Part shown: piece by piece, positions 45,190 to 55,066 of the stretch
How positions within the stretch are numbered: position 1 is the first letter of the stretch
Layout: every line of letters starts with the position of its first letter
From: Candidatus Iainarchaeum sp.
GTDB taxonomy: Archaea > Iainarchaeota > Iainarchaeia > Iainarchaeales > UBA10219
NCBI GenBank assembly: GCA_018304425.1
Contig: JAGVWE010000002.1
Coordinates: 288,001 to 352,000, forward strand
Direction: 5' to 3'
DNA length: 64,000 nt
Made by a program: the position numbers and the translations under genes
The notes under the pieces: model-generated
What the model saw: the letters and a program-made list of their open reading frames with translations, nothing else
Database searches by the model: none
Told to the model about the DNA's origin: nothing

Positions 45190-46073
45190 AGGTACACCCT
45201 TGGAATCCGTGTCTTGATGAAGCCGATGAGGGCGGCTTGGAACAAAAAAGAGGCCAGCACCGTGCCATAGATGTTGCTCGGACCGATGCTGCTGCCGGAA
45301 AGGGAGGAAAGGATGACCATGAAGGTGATGCCAAGAGTTGGAACGGCCGTGGCCAGCAGGAGGTAGAGCAGGATCCACAGGTTGAGTTCGGCCGCGTAAT
45401 CCTTGATGGACCTGAACTGGTGGTTCATTAGCATGGACACTACCGAATTCAGGGCGCCCTGAATGGAGGCGCCGGACTGCATGGAGGTAAGCAGCTGCCA
45501 ACAGGTTTTCTTGAGATAATCCGATTTTGTCTTGAGTGCCAGGCGTTCCAGGGCTTGTCTCTCGGAGAGGCCGGCCGAAACGTCTTTGACGACGCCCTCA
45601 AATTCATTGGACACGACCCCGAAATTTCCCTTGGAGGCATTGACCATGGCGTCGTAGAGGCTCACCCCGCTCGTGACCTGCACCTGCATGCCTTTCAAGG
45701 CAAACAAGAGGTTTTGGTCGATGCCGGCCGCCACCTGCTTGGCAAGGAGTCCGGGGTAAACGAGGTGGATGCCGAAGAACAGGAAGAAAAACAATAGGCT
45801 CAGGGCAGCTGACAGGACAACCGATTGCTCGGATAACAGCTGTTCTCGGACGTAAAAAATTCCTGCGAACAGCGCGAAAAAGAACAAGCCGTAGAGGAGA
45901 GCTGAAAGGAAGCACGCGGTCAGGTATTGCTCGGCCGAGACGGGAAGTTCGGCCCGCTTCAAATCATATTTCGTGTTGTAAAAAACGTTGGAAAGGGTCT
46001 TGCCAATCCAGGTCAGTCTCCTGGAAAGCCTGTTCGCGCCTTCCAGGGAAAAAAGCAGGAACCGCACGCGCAT
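45186..46073 (-). CDS. Type II secretion/Tad platform membrane protein (TadB-like)
   Basis: LLFALKGMQVQVTSGVSLYDAM, FGVVSNEF, ALERLA. Confidence 0.85.
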   Translation of the reverse strand: MRVRFLLFSLEGANRLSRRLTWIGKTLSNVFYNTKYDLKRAELPVSAEQYLTACFLSALLYGLFFFALFAGIFYVREQLLSEQSVVLSAALSLLFFFLFFGIHLVYPGLLAKQVAAGIDQNLLFALKGMQVQVTSGVSLYDAMVNASKGNFGVVSNEFEGVVKDVSAGLSERQALERLALKTKSDYLKKTCWQLLTSMQSGASIQGALNSVVSMLMNHQFRSIKDYAAELNLWILLYLLLATAVPTLGITFMVILSSLSGSSIGPSNIYGTVLASFLFQAALIGFIKTRIPRVYL

Positions 46074-46077
46074 GGAA

Positions 46078-47871
46078 TCAAATCCCCTTCATGGTGGCCG
46101 GGCCGGCATTCTTTTTCGCGGCTTCCAGCAGCCGTTCGGCGTCGGAGTAATAGGACTTCATGATGGCTCCGACTTCGTCTATGTCCTTGCAGTGGTTGGC
46201 CAGCATCCAGTTCAATATCAGGGCCTTCCCGTCCAGTTCCTGGTTCACCTCTTTCTCGGTGAGGCCGGTGTGGAGGTTTATCTCCCGCAAGAACTTGGTG
46301 GGCTTGTTGACTGATTCCCAGGCGTCTTCGCGGGGCTTCCACCGGTAAACGGGGTTGATGGACAATTGGTTGCCGGTAACGCCTGACTCTATTTCGGCCA
46401 ATTCATAGGTGCGGCGGAGGTTGGTGCGCCTATCCCGGTATTGCACGAGCACCAGGTCAATGGCCTCTACTTCCAGGGGGGGCACGCTGATGGGCGGTTC
46501 GGTCAACCGTCGCATGACCTGGGCCGAGGAATTGGCGTGGATGGTGCTGTAGACGCTGTGCCCGGTGTGCATGGCCTCGAAGAGGACTTCGGCCTCCTTT
46601 TGCCGCCGGATCTCTCCCACAATGATTCTGTCCGGCCGCATCCTAAGCGAGCTATACATGAGGTCCAGCATGGAGACCTCGCCGAGGCCTTCCGGGTTCG
46701 GGTTCCTGGTCGTAAGCGGCACCCAGTTCCAGGCCATGTGCCGGGGCAGCATGATTTCCCGCACGTCCTCAATCGAGATGACGCGGTGGTAACTGGGTAT
46801 GAACGCGCTCAAGGTATTCAGGGCGGCTGTTTTTCCGGATGCCGTGCCGCCAGCCACCAGGATGTTCAGCTCATACTGCATGGCCTCCCACAACAGGGCC
46901 GCCATCTCAACGTTCATGGTATGGGAACTCCCGATGAAGTCGATGACCGTCCAAGGACGCCGGGCAAAGCGACGGATGGTGAGGGTGTTTCCGAGCGAGG
47001 AAACCGGGAAAAGCGTGGCGTTCACCCGGTCACCGGTCACGAGATGCGCGTCCAGGATGGGGTTGAGGGTGGTGATGTCTCGCCCGACCTTCCGGCCAAT
47101 CAAGGCGGAGGTGTTCGCGATGGCCTCCTCGCCTGACATGGACAGGTTGGTTTTCAGCCACCCGTGCTTGCGGTGGTAAACGGTTACCGGGGTCTTGCTG
47201 GAATTGATGGCTATCTCTTCGAGGTCGTTGTCCGCCATGAACAACTCGATGTTGCCCAGGCCGTACATGGAGTGGAGGAGAAAGCCCGACAAGGCGTTGA
47301 GGGTTTCCTCGTTGTTTTCCCCCAGAAAGGACTTCAACTCGGTTTTGGCCACGTCGAAGAATTTTTTCTTGAGTTCCACGCTCTTGCTTTCGTCGGTTAT
47401 CTCGGTGACCTCAATCGGGATTTTTTCGGCAATCCTGTCCCGCAGCCGTTCCAGGAAAACCCGGGTGTAGACGCCCAGCACCGGGGTGTTCAACTCGTAA
47501 AGCGGCCGGCTGTCATCCCCTCCCTGGACGAGGTTGACTTCGGCGGGGACAAAGTCGATGAGCAACGGGTATTGGGCCAGGATTTTGCCTGCCGAAGGCG
47601 CGAGCGGCTCGGGCGGCAGCTCTTTCCGCAGGGAAATGCGGGGGCTCTGAACCATGGTAGCAGGGTATTCGACGTCCACGAGCCCTGCTTCCTCCAAAAT
47701 CTTGCCGACGGTTTCCACGGCAGAAGGGGTCCAGGCCAGTTCGGCTGCAATCTTTCCAAAGGCAAGCCGCTTATGGACCTTAAGCAGGTCAAAGAGTCGG
47801 TCAACCTTCGTGGACAGGTACACTGTTTTCCGTGCAAGGGGTTTCCTGGACTCAACGGCTGGATTGGGCAT
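46078..47871 (-). CDS. Pilus assembly ATPase (CpaF/TadA/VirB11 family) with N-terminal wHTH-like extension
   Basis: GGTASGKT, SIEDVRE, LRMRPDRIIVGEIR, TGHSVYSTIHA. Confidence 0.94.
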   Translation of the reverse strand: MPNPAVESRKPLARKTVYLSTKVDRLFDLLKVHKRLAFGKIAAELAWTPSAVETVGKILEEAGLVDVEYPATMVQSPRISLRKELPPEPLAPSAGKILAQYPLLIDFVPAEVNLVQGGDDSRPLYELNTPVLGVYTRVFLERLRDRIAEKIPIEVTEITDESKSVELKKKFFDVAKTELKSFLGENNEETLNALSGFLLHSMYGLGNIELFMADNDLEEIAINSSKTPVTVYHRKHGWLKTNLSMSGEEAIANTSALIGRKVGRDITTLNPILDAHLVTGDRVNATLFPVSSLGNTLTIRRFARRPWTVIDFIGSSHTMNVEMAALLWEAMQYELNILVAGGTASGKTAALNTLSAFIPSYHRVISIEDVREIMLPRHMAWNWVPLTTRNPNPEGLGEVSMLDLMYSSLRMRPDRIIVGEIRRQKEAEVLFEAMHTGHSVYSTIHANSSAQVMRRLTEPPISVPPLEVEAIDLVLVQYRDRRTNLRRTYELAEIESGVTGNQLSINPVYRWKPREDAWESVNKPTKFLREINLHTGLTEKEVNQELDGKALILNWMLANHCKDIDEVGAIMKSYYSDAERLLEAAKKNAGPATMKGI

Positions 47872-47927
47872 GCGTTCCCCTTGTATTATTCATTTGAGGT
47901 TAATAAACCTAACACAGGGAGCAACGC

Positions 47928-49511
47928 CTAGCAGACCAGGTTGGGGTGGGGGCCGTAGGTGCAGGTATACGGGTGCGCGGTTTTCACGCAGGTTCCCTTC
48001 TGGCACCGGGCAAGCGTGTCCGCGGTGTCGCAGTCCGAGTCCTGGTTGCAGTCGTCTGCCGGGCAATCGGAGTCGTTGCCGTGGTGACAGCCGGCGGGAC
48101 AGGAACCGTTGCCGCTCACGCAGGCCGTGGAAACGGTGTTGACACATTTCCTTGGGGTGCCACGGCACTCGTCCACGGTGCTGGCCTCGCCGTCATCGCA
48201 GTCCGCGGGAGTCGTGCATTCGTCGGGCAACTTGCACTTGGTAAGGCAACAGACATAGGAGTCAATCGTGGCAATGACGGCAGACATGCAGTTGGCATCG
48301 GTGGGGCAAACCCTGCCATTGAGTTCGTTGCAGGTCTTTGGGCCGCCCGGAATGGAGACCACGGGTTTTTCAACGCTGTCCGCCTGCACGCCCTGGGCGA
48401 CGTTGGTCAAGCAAGTGGCCTTCCTTGACGCGTAGTTCACGGGTTCACAGGCTTCCGCCAAGGCCAGGTGCTCGGCCACGTGCACGTAACAGGAGTCCCG
48501 GGCCAGGAAAGGGTCCAAATCGCTCACAGTCCCGGTCTTGATTCCGGCGCATAACCGGAAATCGTTGCGCTTCACGGCAATCCTTCCAAAGCAGAAGCCC
48601 TGCTTGTCCAGCTGCCTGATGTCCTCGCAAACGCCTGGCTCGTCGCTGAAAAAGGCTGCGCCGTCCAGGCACTCTAAGCGGAGCCCTGAATGAGTGGTTA
48701 CCGGAATCTTCCGGCAGGTGACCGCGTTGCCGGTTTGGACGCCGAAGTCCTTCATGCAGGTCCACTCGCTGTCCTTGGATTTTGCCTCCTTGCAGGTTTC
48801 GCTGGAAGCAGAAGCAATGGCCTTGTTGGTGATGCAGGCGTCGAACACGGCTTCGCCCGAAACCTGGTTGCACAGGGAGTACTTGGACAGGAACTTGCTT
48901 GCGGCAAGCAGGCACTTGTCTTTGGTGGCCGGATCCATGAACGGGTCGCAGAAGCGTTCGTCCATGCGCTCGGCTTTCACGGTCTGCGTACAGGCCTCGC
49001 GCCCTCCTTCGGGCAGGGCGTTGCACAGGTCGATGAAGGGGTATTGTTCGACCCGCTTTTTTTCAAGGGGCTCCCGGATTTCCTTCACGCAGCGTGCCCG
49101 GTTTTCGGGGGACTTGAGGGTTTCACAGGGGAGGTCGAAGCCCTTCAGGGTCTTGCCCAGGCGGAGCAGGCAGTCGTCAAAGGAGTTCGAGTCCTGGATC
49201 CGGCGGCAAACCGATTCATCTGACAGGGTCAACGCGAGTTCATGGTAGCAGCGGTCTTGGAGGGCTACCGCACTAATGGCCCCGCATTTTTCCGGTAAGC
49301 GGGCTTGGACGGCCTTCGAAAAATGGCATTCGTCCAGGGACGGCATGTTTGGACAGCCGAGGGCAGTCAACTCGTTGCGAAGCACCTGCTGCTGGTCCAC
49401 TACCTTGGGTTCCTGGTAAAGGGGGCCCACGGACCCGGGTTTCTGGTAGTTGCAGCCCAGGAACAGGATGAACCCGAAAAGCAAAAACCAGTGCCAGGCA
49501 GGAAGGCGCAT
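47928..49511 (-). CDS. Cys-rich repeat lipoprotein (putative adhesin)
   Basis: Lipobox FLGC; many C..I.....D.C...LA repeats; C-terminal CDD..ST.D.C Cys modules. Confidence 0.75.
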   Translation of the reverse strand: MRLPAWHWFLLFGFILFLGCNYQKPGSVGPLYQEPKVVDQQQVLRNELTALGCPNMPSLDECHFSKAVQARLPEKCGAISAVALQDRCYHELALTLSDESVCRRIQDSNSFDDCLLRLGKTLKGFDLPCETLKSPENRARCVKEIREPLEKKRVEQYPFIDLCNALPEGGREACTQTVKAERMDERFCDPFMDPATKDKCLLAASKFLSKYSLCNQVSGEAVFDACITNKAIASASSETCKEAKSKDSEWTCMKDFGVQTGNAVTCRKIPVTTHSGLRLECLDGAAFFSDEPGVCEDIRQLDKQGFCFGRIAVKRNDFRLCAGIKTGTVSDLDPFLARDSCYVHVAEHLALAEACEPVNYASRKATCLTNVAQGVQADSVEKPVVSIPGGPKTCNELNGRVCPTDANCMSAVIATIDSYVCCLTKCKLPDECTTPADCDDGEASTVDECRGTPRKCVNTVSTACVSGNGSCPAGCHHGNDSDCPADDCNQDSDCDTADTLARCQKGTCVKTAHPYTCTYGPHPNLVC

Positions 49512-49542
49512 GCACGATATACGGGTTTAGGCAATAAAAAGC

Positions 49543-50406
49543 TTAGCCCCGGGCCAGGACCAGTTTCCGGCCCAGGTTGAAGTCGGCCTGGGCATAGTTC
49601 AGGTCCAGGTTGGCGGAAACCGTCAGTGGTTTGGATTCGCTTGCCAGGGTGAAGGCGATGGCGATGCGGGCAAGGGTGGAGGGGTCGTCAATGCTGTGCT
49701 CGATGCGAAGCCCTGCCTCCGAACCGGCTATCTGCCCGACCGTGATTATCAGGGCGTCCGTGGAAAGCTGGGAGTACCGCAGGATGTACTGGTTGGGAGT
49801 GGTGGAGGAGAGCAGGCCGCTGGAAACGAAGGCGTTTACCGCGTTGTGGTCGCTGTAGCGAAGCGTGACATTTACATCGCCTGACCCGGTTGTCCAGGGA
49901 ACGGAGTAATTCAGGTCGTCGTTGACGAAGACATTGAGGTCCAAGGCAATGATGTTGGTGTCCCCGCCTGGAACGAACAATTGGAGGCTGTTCGCGTCCG
50001 TGGAAGCGAAAAGGTACTGGATGCCGTTGCTGAACAGGAGCTCGGCGTTGGCGTCCGTCATGGCCCCGGTATTCAGGTCAATGGTGGATGAAAGCAGGGA
50101 ATCGAAGCCGGTTTCCATGAATTGCTCCCAACCGGTTAACTGGCTTCGGTTGAAGCCGCTTGGAAGCCGGTCGTGGAGGGTGACGATGCGCGTGGCGGAA
50201 AGAGAGTTAATGTCCAGGCCTATGCCGAGGAGGCGGTTGACGTCGGCGGCCAGGTCATCCGCCACAAAGGCGGCTTTTTCGGCTTTGAGGGAGGCAGTCA
50301 GCTCGCGGGCAATGGACCGGGGCTTGGAAGAATAGTCGAAGCTGAAGGCCAGCAGAAAGCCGAGCAGCAGCAGGATGCTCAACGTGAATAAAAAGCCCCG
50401 CCGCAT
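49543..50406 (-). CDS. Minor pilin-like protein
   Basis: MRRG|FLFTLSILLLL class III-like N-terminus; ATGC/TGA coupling with upstream gene. Confidence 0.7.
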   Translation of the reverse strand: MRRGFLFTLSILLLLGFLLAFSFDYSSKPRSIARELTASLKAEKAAFVADDLAADVNRLLGIGLDINSLSATRIVTLHDRLPSGFNRSQLTGWEQFMETGFDSLLSSTIDLNTGAMTDANAELLFSNGIQYLFASTDANSLQLFVPGGDTNIIALDLNVFVNDDLNYSVPWTTGSGDVNVTLRYSDHNAVNAFVSSGLLSSTTPNQYILRYSQLSTDALIITVGQIAGSEAGLRIEHSIDDPSTLARIAIAFTLASESKPLTVSANLDLNYAQADFNLGRKLVLARG

Positions 50407-50843
50407 CAGGCCTGCCTCCATGCGTCCACGCGTGCCACAAAATAGTTGGCGTCCAGGTCTTGGACGACGACGAACGAGCGGTGGAGGGTGACTAAATCGG
50501 TCGTGGTATCCCTGCAGCCATCCCGGGACACCACGATCTGAGCGGCGTTCAGGTCCGTGGAGTTAAAGACCTGGACATTCGTGCAGAAGCCGCCTGGCAA
50601 CTGGTTGAGGAATTGCCGCACTTGGCTGGAGTCGTTGTCCCTGACCAGCCGCTCCAGTTTGCCGGATTGCTCCAGGAGGGTGGCAGTGTCCAAGGCCATT
50701 TCCCGTAGGTAGATGCCCGAGAACGGGTTTTCCTCGATGCCGGCCAGGTTCGAATTGATTACAAGGAACAAGAAGAACACGACGGTTACGGCTAGGAGCG
50801 CGTCAAAGCTCAGGATGATGCCGTTCTTGTTCAGGTCCGTCAA
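50406..50843 (-). CDS. Minor pilin-like protein
   Basis: KNG|IILSFDALLA N-terminus. Confidence 0.72.
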   Translation of the reverse strand: MTDLNKNGIILSFDALLAVTVVFFLFLVINSNLAGIEENPFSGIYLREMALDTATLLEQSGKLERLVRDNDSSQVRQFLNQLPGGFCTNVQVFNSTDLNAAQIVVSRDGCRDTTTDLVTLHRSFVVVQDLDANYFVARVDAWRQA

Positions 50844-51355
50844 TCGAACACCCTCAGCCGGACAATGACTTCCCTCCCCTGGTAGAGGGCAAGCCGGTTA
50901 ATGGAGGCCGTGGTGGAGTTGGCATCCGGACTGGTTCCGACCAGGGCCAGCGTGGAACCATTCAAGTCGTTCACGCTGAACTCGAAGTCATAGCGGGAGA
51001 GGCCTAGCAAGGCCTTCATGTCGGCGTATGCGGAAGCATTCAGGTCCATGAAGGCGAGCACCTTGGCTGGAACCAACTGGTTCCGGGAAGAAGCGAGGCC
51101 CAAACCATCCACCGTGGAAAGGTCGGGCAAGGCCTGCCAGTGGCCAGGATAACCGGGACTGGTTAAGAGGACATTCATGGCGTTCCGTGCCAGGTCCTGC
51201 TGGTGGTTGAAGGCTTCAATGGATTCCACGCGCACGGCCAGCTGGTTGGAGAAGACGATGGAAAAGGTCAAGGCAAACAGGAAAACCGAGACCGCAAACA
51301 ACAGGTCCGTGGAAAAAAGCTGGCCACGCGCGTTCATGGGGGGGAAAAAGTTCAT
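50840..51355 (-). CDS. Minor pilin-like protein
   Basis: RG|QLFSTDLLFA; LLTSPGYPGHW, GLA motifs. Confidence 0.78.
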   Translation of the reverse strand: MNFFPPMNARGQLFSTDLLFAVSVFLFALTFSIVFSNQLAVRVESIEAFNHQQDLARNAMNVLLTSPGYPGHWQALPDLSTVDGLGLASSRNQLVPAKVLAFMDLNASAYADMKALLGLSRYDFEFSVNDLNGSTLALVGTSPDANSTTASINRLALYQGREVIVRLRVFD

Positions 51356-51732
51356 CCGACCACCACGTTCTCGTCCCGGTAGGCAACCGGGACAAAGCCG
51401 CCGGCAGAAAAGGAATTTATCCGAGCATGGGCGGAAACCAGGGGCGCGTCCACGAACTGGTTGTCAAAGGAGAGTTCCAGGTAACGGCCGCTGACCAAGA
51501 CGTTGAAGTCAAAGGGTTTTGGGAGGAAGATCCGCGTGGAAGCCCCTTCCCCTGCAAGGTAGACGTCGTTCATGGTGCGGGCCAGGTGCAACGCCAGTTG
51601 CTTGGCTTCCAGGAGTTTTTTGCTGGCCTCGAAGGCCTGCTGGCGCTCGCCGTAGACGAACACCGAGGCGGAGAAAATAAGGAGCACGATGAGGCTGACG
51701 ACAATGAATTCAACGGATAGCTGGCCACGCAT
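51352..51732 (-). CDS. Type IV pilin
   Basis: MRG|QLSVEFIVV class III signal peptide. Confidence 0.82.
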   Translation of the reverse strand: MRGQLSVEFIVVSLIVLLIFSASVFVYGERQQAFEASKKLLEAKQLALHLARTMNDVYLAGEGASTRIFLPKPFDFNVLVSGRYLELSFDNQFVDAPLVSAHARINSFSAGGFVPVAYRDENVVVG

Positions 51733-51742
51733 TCATTCACCT

Positions 51743-53308
51743 TCAGGGGGGCTTGTATTTCACGCCCAAGCTAATCAGGTCGTGCCGCGAGCGCCGGCTG
51801 TTGTTGGAGGAGGCGTACAATTGGAACCGGACTTTGAAGTTGTTCACGGCGTTGGCCGAGTCAATGATTGAATTAAGGCTAAGGGTGTCCGTGACATCCG
51901 TGCTGCCTGTCGCGCTCGATAGGCTGACATTGGACCAGGCGCTGGCATCCGCGTCCCAGACTCGTAGGCGGGCTTGGACGGTCGCGGAGCCGCTGAGGGA
52001 GTACTCGTGCACCAGGTTCACATCCTGGATGGTGGAACCGCTGGGAAGGACAGGGGCAAAGGAGTATTCGATGTAGCGGGCATCGTCGAAGGTGGATGCA
52101 TTCTTGGGCCAGGTGAGGTCCGAGGAGTAGCGGCCATTGTCGCTGGAGTCAAGGTCGGAGAGGTCTCCCGCGGAAAGGGTTTCGCCTTCGTCGGTGGCAT
52201 CATAGCCCGTGGAAGGCGTGTACAGGGCATAGCTGGAGGGGATGACCACGGTAATGGTCAAGGCAATCGTGTCCTGGCTGCCATTGCCGGTGCTGGTAAG
52301 GGTGCCGGTGGCGGTTTGCTCGCTGGCGCTTCCAGGAATGGAGAGGGTGATGGACTGGTTGGTGCAGCTGTCGTCTCCCAGGGAGGAAATGCTGTTGATG
52401 TCGTAAACCCAGGCACCGGCGTCCCCCGTGGACTTGGTGAAGGAAACCGGGGCCATGGCCTGGGAAGAATTGTTGCATACCTGGAATGTGTTCGAGTCAA
52501 TGGTGCCACGGTTGATGGTGCGCTTCCAGGTGGAGGGAACGATGAGGAGGTTGGTGTCCGGAATGACGGCTGCGGGGGTTTGGGCAGGCGTAACGTCCAC
52601 GTTGACTGGCACCGTGAGGTTCTCGTCGGCCAAGGAAACGTTGAAGTCCGCGTTGACCTTCACGCTGCCGGCGTAGTTGCCGGTGGCGGTCGAATTGCTC
52701 GCAAAATTGAAGTCAATGACCTGGCTGGCACCTGGTTGAAGCGACAGGGAAGTGGAGGACAACGCGAAGCTCACGACTGAGTGGTTCCAGGTCTTAACAA
52801 GTGAAACGGTGGCGAGTTCAGAGGCGGAGTTGTTGGTGAGGGTCAGGGTCGTGGACGCATTCCCGTCCTGGGCCATGGCCAGGTAAACCGCGTTCTTGGA
52901 GACCTGCAAGGAGGTGTCGCCGATGCTTACATAGTTTTCGTGCGCGACCAGGGTCAGGTAATGGCCGCCGGGAGCCGTGGGGAGGCTGCCCACGATGTTC
53001 ACGTCTGCCGTGGAAAAGACGTCCGTTGAACCGATGCGGAGGTTGACTTCACTGCCGCTGATGAGGCTGGCCGAAGCATTGACGTCCTCGGGGATGATGA
53101 CGTACACGCGTTTCTTGGCCCCGTTGCCCTGGAAGAAGACGTCGTTGGCTGCCAAGGTGATGGAGTCCAAGGCAGTTTGGCCCGCCTGCACCCGCTGCTG
53201 CGCGCTGATCTGGAGGGTGTGCGTGGCCGTGAACGAATACAAGACCATGATGGCCACCAGCGAAACCGCCAGAATCACGATGAATTCAACCGAGGTCTGG
53301 CCCTTCAT
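51743..53308 (-). CDS. Large pilin/adhesin with Ig-like domains
   Basis: MKG|QTSVEFIVIL; Ser/Thr/Asn-rich beta domains, many NxS/T sequons. Confidence 0.82.
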   Translation of the reverse strand: MKGQTSVEFIVILAVSLVAIMVLYSFTATHTLQISAQQRVQAGQTALDSITLAANDVFFQGNGAKKRVYVIIPEDVNASASLISGSEVNLRIGSTDVFSTADVNIVGSLPTAPGGHYLTLVAHENYVSIGDTSLQVSKNAVYLAMAQDGNASTTLTLTNNSASELATVSLVKTWNHSVVSFALSSTSLSLQPGASQVIDFNFASNSTATGNYAGSVKVNADFNVSLADENLTVPVNVDVTPAQTPAAVIPDTNLLIVPSTWKRTINRGTIDSNTFQVCNNSSQAMAPVSFTKSTGDAGAWVYDINSISSLGDDSCTNQSITLSIPGSASEQTATGTLTSTGNGSQDTIALTITVVIPSSYALYTPSTGYDATDEGETLSAGDLSDLDSSDNGRYSSDLTWPKNASTFDDARYIEYSFAPVLPSGSTIQDVNLVHEYSLSGSATVQARLRVWDADASAWSNVSLSSATGSTDVTDTLSLNSIIDSANAVNNFKVRFQLYASSNNSRRSRHDLISLGVKYKPP

Positions 53309-53368
53309 GGAAACCCAGGAAATAAGGGGCCAAGGGGTTAAAATAGGTTGGTGGCTGGTCGAGGGGCC

Positions 53369-53587
53369 TCAATAGCAGACCAGGATTTTCTTGCCCTTGG
53401 AGTAAACCCAGTGCGCAGTGGAAAGGGAGAGGAAGCCCACGAAATAGTTGAGGGTGGCAACGGCCAGCATTCCGTTCAGGTGGGCTGCAAGGCCGCTGAC
53501 TAGAGCGGCAATGCCCAGGGCCAGGGTCAAGCTGATGCACCCATAATAGAAGAAGGCGTTCAGAACCTGTTGCGTGACCGAGTTCAT
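53369..53587 (-). CDS. Small 2-TM membrane protein
   Basis: 72 aa hydrophobic, GAGG RBS, follows KaiC-like gene. Confidence 0.6.
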   Translation of the reverse strand: MNSVTQQVLNAFFYYGCISLTLALGIAALVSGLAAHLNGMLAVATLNYFVGFLSLSTAHWVYSKGKKILVCY

Positions 53588-53597
53588 GGCCTCGCCC

Positions 53598-54398
53598 CTA
53601 GAAGACCTCTACATCCGGGTAAATCACGATGCCATTGGATTCAAAGGTGAGGGCGCAGACTTTGTTGGTGTGCCGAGTGCCGCGCATTTTCAGGATTTCC
53701 ATGCTGTGCACCCGCACGTCCTTGTCCTCGCGCTTCTGGTAGTAGAGGGCGATGATCGCGTCGGTCAGGAAGCCGACGCTGCCCTCCTTTATTTCGGCTA
53801 TGTGGGGTGGCAGTTCGGAGACGATGACGGACGTGCAACCCCATTTCTTGAGGAGGTCGAAGAATTCCAGGATGGACTCGCGTTTCTGGTACTCGTCCTG
53901 GAACAACAAGGCGTACGCGGTAATCGAGTCAATTGCCAGGCGTTTGGCGTTCATGGACTTGATTGCATCCCGCATCGGCCCGCCCCCTTCCTGCATGAGC
54001 TTGTTGACTTGGTGGGGTTTGTAGGCCAGCACCGAGAAAAGCCCTTTTTCTTCCAGGGCCTTGAAGTCCCAGCCAAACCGCGCCGTGTGCCGGTACAGGG
54101 ATTCCTTGTCCTCTTCAAAGGTGATGAACAAGCCGGGTTCGTTGGCTTCCATGGCCCCATTGTAAAGGAACTGCAAGGCCAGGGTGGTCTTGCCCGTGCC
54201 CGCGCCTCCCGTGAGGAGCACGGTGGAGCCCTGCTCAAAGCCGCCTTCGATGAGCTCGTCCATGCCGGGGATTCCGGTGGGAACCCGCCCCGGAACTGAC
54301 TGGGCTTCCTTCCGCAGCTGGAAGTCCAGGGTCAAGCCGAGGGTTGCCCGCCCCGCGTTCCCCAGGAAATCGAAACCCTTGTCCGCGTCCATGGCCAC
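53598..54398 (-). CDS. KaiC-like/RAD55 family single-domain ATPase
   Basis: RVPTGIPGMDELIEGG, GGAGTGKT, ITFEE, AIDS, ILKMRGT. Confidence 0.92.
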   Translation of the reverse strand: MAMDADKGFDFLGNAGRATLGLTLDFQLRKEAQSVPGRVPTGIPGMDELIEGGFEQGSTVLLTGGAGTGKTTLALQFLYNGAMEANEPGLFITFEEDKESLYRHTARFGWDFKALEEKGLFSVLAYKPHQVNKLMQEGGGPMRDAIKSMNAKRLAIDSITAYALLFQDEYQKRESILEFFDLLKKWGCTSVIVSELPPHIAEIKEGSVGFLTDAIIALYYQKREDKDVRVHSMEILKMRGTRHTNKVCALTFESNGIVIYPDVEVF

Positions 54399-54502
54399 AG
54401 ACTAAGGCATGTGCTGCATTTAAACGTTTTGGTTTTTGAGCAGGCAAGATTTAATAAGAGCCTTGCCCCCAAGTATGTGGGAAAAACGTGGCTGTTGCAA
54501 AC

Positions 54503-55060
54503 ATGGAATCCGAAATCCGCAAACACCTCTCGGACATGGAGGAGAGCTTCATTGGCCTGGTCATTGTTGACCCCGAAAGGTTCCACGAAGCCGGCATGGA
54601 ACTGGTGAAGCACCTGGCCAAGGAAAGGAACCTACCAGGCATCTACATTGCCGGCAACCAGGGCTATGAAAGCCTCACCCGCCACTTCGAGAAAAACAAG
54701 ATTGACACGAAGGCGCTGACCTTCATTGACTGTGTCACGGAAAAACCGGCAGAAGAGAAAGCTGACAGCCTGAACCCCGTGCTGGTCGGAAGCCCCGAAC
54801 AGCTGACCGACCTCGAAATCGCGCTGGAAAAGGCCCTGAAACGGCATGCCGACAAGAACCACTTCGTGTTGCTGGACTCGATCACGACCTTCCTGGTGTA
54901 CCACGACGAAAAAACGCTCCAGAAATTCGTGCACGGCATGAGTTCCATGATACGCGCCCACCAGAAATCGCGCGCCATCTTCATGGCCATCAACCAGGAA
55001 GAAGCCAAGAACCTCTTCAGCGCCATGGCCCAGTACTGCGACAAGACGATACGAATCTGA
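54503..55060 (+). CDS. Inactive KaiC/RecA-fold protein (DUF7504-like)
   Basis: FIDCVT, SPEQLTDL, LLDSITTFLVY, YCDKTI; no Walker A. Confidence 0.75.
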   Translation: MESEIRKHLSDMEESFIGLVIVDPERFHEAGMELVKHLAKERNLPGIYIAGNQGYESLTRHFEKNKIDTKALTFIDCVTEKPAEEKADSLNPVLVGSPEQLTDLEIALEKALKRHADKNHFVLLDSITTFLVYHDEKTLQKFVHGMSSMIRAHQKSRAIFMAINQEEAKNLFSAMAQYCDKTIRI

Positions 55061-55066
55061 CGGCCC

